Notes under the pieces: generated by a model
What the model saw: only the letters and a program-made list of their open reading frames with translations
Told to the model about the DNA's origin: nothing
Database searches by the model: none
Position numbers and translations under genes: made by a program
Shown: positions 58,231 to 64,000 of the stretch, piece by piece
Position numbering within the stretch: position 1 is the first letter of the stretch
Layout: every line of letters starts with the position of its first letter
Source: Escherichia coli
GTDB lineage: Bacteria; Pseudomonadota; Gammaproteobacteria; Enterobacterales; Enterobacteriaceae
Direction: 5' to 3' (one strand)
Assembly: GCF_044324785.1 (NCBI RefSeq)
Contig: NZ_CP172127.1
Length of the DNA stretch: 64,000 nt

Positions 58231-59462
58231 GAGCAAGCTCCCTCTAAATAGTGATGAATCGCCCCGGCGGCTTCTTTCCCGGTTTTCACGGCATAGACCA
58301 CGGTTTTGTCACCCTCAACAATATCGCCAGCAGCAAAGACTTGCGGATCGCGGGTCTGATAATTTTGTGTTTTGATGGTGTTACGCTGCGGCTCTAACTC
58401 CGCAAAGGCATCCAGTCTGGCATGCTGACCGACGGCGAGAATAATTTTATCTGCCGCCATCGTCAGTTCGCCCGGTAACCGTACATGCTTAAACGTGACT
58501 TTATTGCCTTCCACGGCTACTGGCGTGAATCCATCGATGATCGAAACGCCCAGCTCCCGGGCGCTGGCAAACTCTTTTTCGCTTGCCGGAAACTCATCTA
58601 ACTCTTCACGCGCTACGCAAGTTACTGCCTGACAGCCGAGAACTTTCAGCGTGCTGGCTACGTCCATCGCGACATCACCGCCGCCGATAATTAATGCGTT
58701 TTGTGGAATGCTGATATCGCCTTGCGCCTGTCGTGCACGTTGCAAGAAGTCGACGGCAATCTCAACGTCGCTATGCTCAAACAGTGGTAGCCCGGAACCG
58801 CTAGATAACCCCACGGTGACCAGTACCGCGCGGTTTTCCGCTTTCAGCTGCTCCAGGGTGAGTGTTTTACCGATTTCATTATTGCACTTAATGGTCACGC
58901 CCATTTTTTCAATACGGACGATTTCTGCATCCAGTACTGATTGCGGTAACCGGAATTGCGGAATGCCGTTACGCAACCAGCCACCGGGTTGTGCTTCTTT
59001 CTCATAGATCGTGACGTCATAACCCTGGTTTGTCAGCGTCACACTGGCCTGCAATCCCGCAGGACCTGCGCCAATAATCGCGACTTTGCCGAGCGTTTTA
59101 GTACCGGGCTGATAAATTTCCATCCCGGTTTGTTGTTCAAAATCAGTAACAAAACGCTGTAAGCGGCCGATATCAATGGGAGCATCAACACCGGCACGGG
59201 TACAACCGCTTTGGCATAATTTCTCCGTCGGGCACACTCTGGCACAAACGGCACCGAGGGCATTATTTTCGCGAATTGTCTCGGCAGCGCCTTTAAAATT
59301 ACGAAAGTAGATTGAGCGAATAAATTTACCCGGATCGGTCTGTGCCGGGCAAGCCTGACTACAGGGAGCGTCATGACATAATAAACAGCGAGAGGCTTCT
59401 TTAATCGCCAGTAAAGGCGTAAAAGCCGGAGTGAGTTCATCCAGATAATTTTGTTGCGGCAT
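58224..59462 (-). CDS. preT: NAD-dependent dihydropyrimidine dehydrogenase subunit PreT
   Basis: 412 aa; Fe-S cysteines at N-terminus, dinucleotide-binding GAGPAG motif. Confidence 0.9.
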   Translation of the reverse strand: MPQQNYLDELTPAFTPLLAIKEASRCLLCHDAPCSQACPAQTDPGKFIRSIYFRNFKGAAETIRENNALGAVCARVCPTEKLCQSGCTRAGVDAPIDIGRLQRFVTDFEQQTGMEIYQPGTKTLGKVAIIGAGPAGLQASVTLTNQGYDVTIYEKEAQPGGWLRNGIPQFRLPQSVLDAEIVRIEKMGVTIKCNNEIGKTLTLEQLKAENRAVLVTVGLSSGSGLPLFEHSDVEIAVDFLQRARQAQGDISIPQNALIIGGGDVAMDVASTLKVLGCQAVTCVAREELDEFPASEKEFASARELGVSIIDGFTPVAVEGNKVTFKHVRLPGELTMAADKIILAVGQHARLDAFAELEPQRNTIKTQNYQTRDPQVFAAGDIVEGDKTVVYAVKTGKEAAGAIHHYLEGACSC

Positions 59463-59655
59463 GTGATCTTCCTTAATGCTATGAGTAATTAAGGCGAACG
59501 CTAAATAAATATTGCGTGCTGATATTAAGGCTATGCGCGTGGGGAAATTTAAACTGTGAAAGGATTCACAAATAGCTGCGGTTCAGAATGTTATATCCGC
59601 AGCTTATTGAGTGAAGTAATAATTATTCTCAATAATTAACAGAAAAGAGAAAATA

Positions 59656-61651
<1,996 letters not shown>

Positions 61652-61780
61652 GGCGTTGCCTCATAATCATGTAATGGGATAACAGTTTACGAACCCGTTA
61701 TGGCTTTATATGTGATCTGAATCTCATTAATTATGCAACGCGTGAAACTTACATCAAAAATGCGCGACGCATCGCAAATT

Positions 61781-62907
<1,127 letters not shown>

Positions 62908-63001
62908 TTAATTCGTAAAACGTGCTACCGATCACATTAAGAATTCTCAGCATAGTTGAATTTTAGGGACGTAACCTCGGGCGAGCGCCCAGTTCAGCAC
63001 A

Positions 63002-63910
63002 CTAATTCTGCTGTAAAAAGTGCAGAAACTGACTTAAAGCATAAGAAGGCGTTTCGTTATTGCGCCAGAACACACCGACGCTGCCTTTCTGTTCTATCTT
63101 TGGCAGGTTGAGGATCACCAGTTGTCCCTGGCTGGCATAACGTTGCGCCAGGCGTAATGACAAAATAGAGATCATATCGCTGCTTTGTAACAGGTTGGTA
63201 CTGACGTTCATCGACGCCGACTCAATCGTGTTTTCTGGCAGCATCACGCCGTGGTCTACCAGCGCATTATCAATACTGATGCGAATGGGGGTACCTGTCG
63301 GCCAGACTATCCACCGCCAGTTAGCAAGATCATTCCAGCTGAGGGTGGCGTATTTCGCCAGTGGATGCTCAGCACGGGCGACAAAACACACCGGCTCGGT
63401 GTAGAGCACCTTATAATTCAGTGGCAGCTGCAAGGCGCGACCGCCAATTCGCCCAACGACCACGTCGACAGAACCTGCCAATAGATCTTGCAGCAATGGG
63501 GTCATAACCTTCTCTTCAATATTCAGGTGTAGAGTTGGCATCTCCTTGAGCAAATGCAAAATCGCCTGGGATACGCAGTCAGTGGCGACGGGAGAACAGC
63601 CAATTTTCAGACTGCCGACCAGCCCACCTTGTTTAAAACGGGCCAGTTCATGTTGCGAGCGCTCCATGTCATTGATTAACCGCTGGGCATGTTGCAATAA
63701 CAATCTACCGCCTTCGGTAGGGCGTAACCCTTTGCTGTGCCGCTCAAAGAGTGTGAGGCCGATCTCATCTTCGAGTTGTGACAACCATTTCGACAGCGCA
63801 GGCTGGGTGATATTCATCATCCGCGCGACATGGGTCAGATTGCCCTGTTCACCCAGCGCCACCAGCATTTGCAGGTGATGAAGCTTTAGTTTCTGCGCCC
63901 AGTTTGCCAT
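63002..63910 (-). CDS. LysR-type transcriptional regulator (LTTR), unnamed
   Basis: N-terminal wHTH (LTHVARMMNITQPALSKWLSQLEDEIGLTLFER), C-terminal effector domain; start placed at Met with GGAGG 9 nt upstream (longer alternative start at 63958). Confidence 0.8.
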   Translation of the reverse strand: MANWAQKLKLHHLQMLVALGEQGNLTHVARMMNITQPALSKWLSQLEDEIGLTLFERHSKGLRPTEGGRLLLQHAQRLINDMERSQHELARFKQGGLVGSLKIGCSPVATDCVSQAILHLLKEMPTLHLNIEEKVMTPLLQDLLAGSVDVVVGRIGGRALQLPLNYKVLYTEPVCFVARAEHPLAKYATLSWNDLANWRWIVWPTGTPIRISIDNALVDHGVMLPENTIESASMNVSTNLLQSSDMISILSLRLAQRYASQGQLVILNLPKIEQKGSVGVFWRNNETPSYALSQFLHFLQQN

Positions 63911-64000
63911 TTGCCATAACCTCCAGGTTATCTCTCTGCCCGAAATGCCATTGTACATTTCATCTCTTTAATCACAATATCGCAACATACATAAAACAAA

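Overview
This window reads as a contiguous, syntenic stretch of the Escherichia coli core chromosome (K-12 gene order, reverse-complemented), running from the end of the cytochrome c maturation operon (ccmE' to ccmH) through narP, yejO, tRNA-Pro, the yej cluster, mepS, the fru operon, the pseudouridine and nucleoside catabolism genes, lysP, cirA, folE, galS-mglBAC, preTA and cdd to yohJK. Every large ORF maps to a known housekeeping, transport or regulatory gene. I found no CRISPR array, IS element, integrase, phage structural genes, restriction-modification or toxin-antitoxin genes, and no unexplained coding gap large enough to hide a multi-gene system. I therefore cannot support a claim of a novel system here. 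The second-look items are modest: (1) a LysR-type regulator directly upstream of yohJK, which I recall being absent from K-12; (2) an intact narP-yejO junction without the IS5 I recall in K-12, with the AT-rich yejO autotransporter sitting at the 3' end of tRNA-Pro; (3) two paralogous nucleoside-utilisation modules with a conserved 28-nt leader element upstream of both transporter genes; (4) a direct-repeat candidate operator upstream of psuK; (5) a twin-hairpin spacer with a 9-codon ORF between fruA and psuK. All gene names and family assignments are from memory of E. coli proteins; no database search was run.
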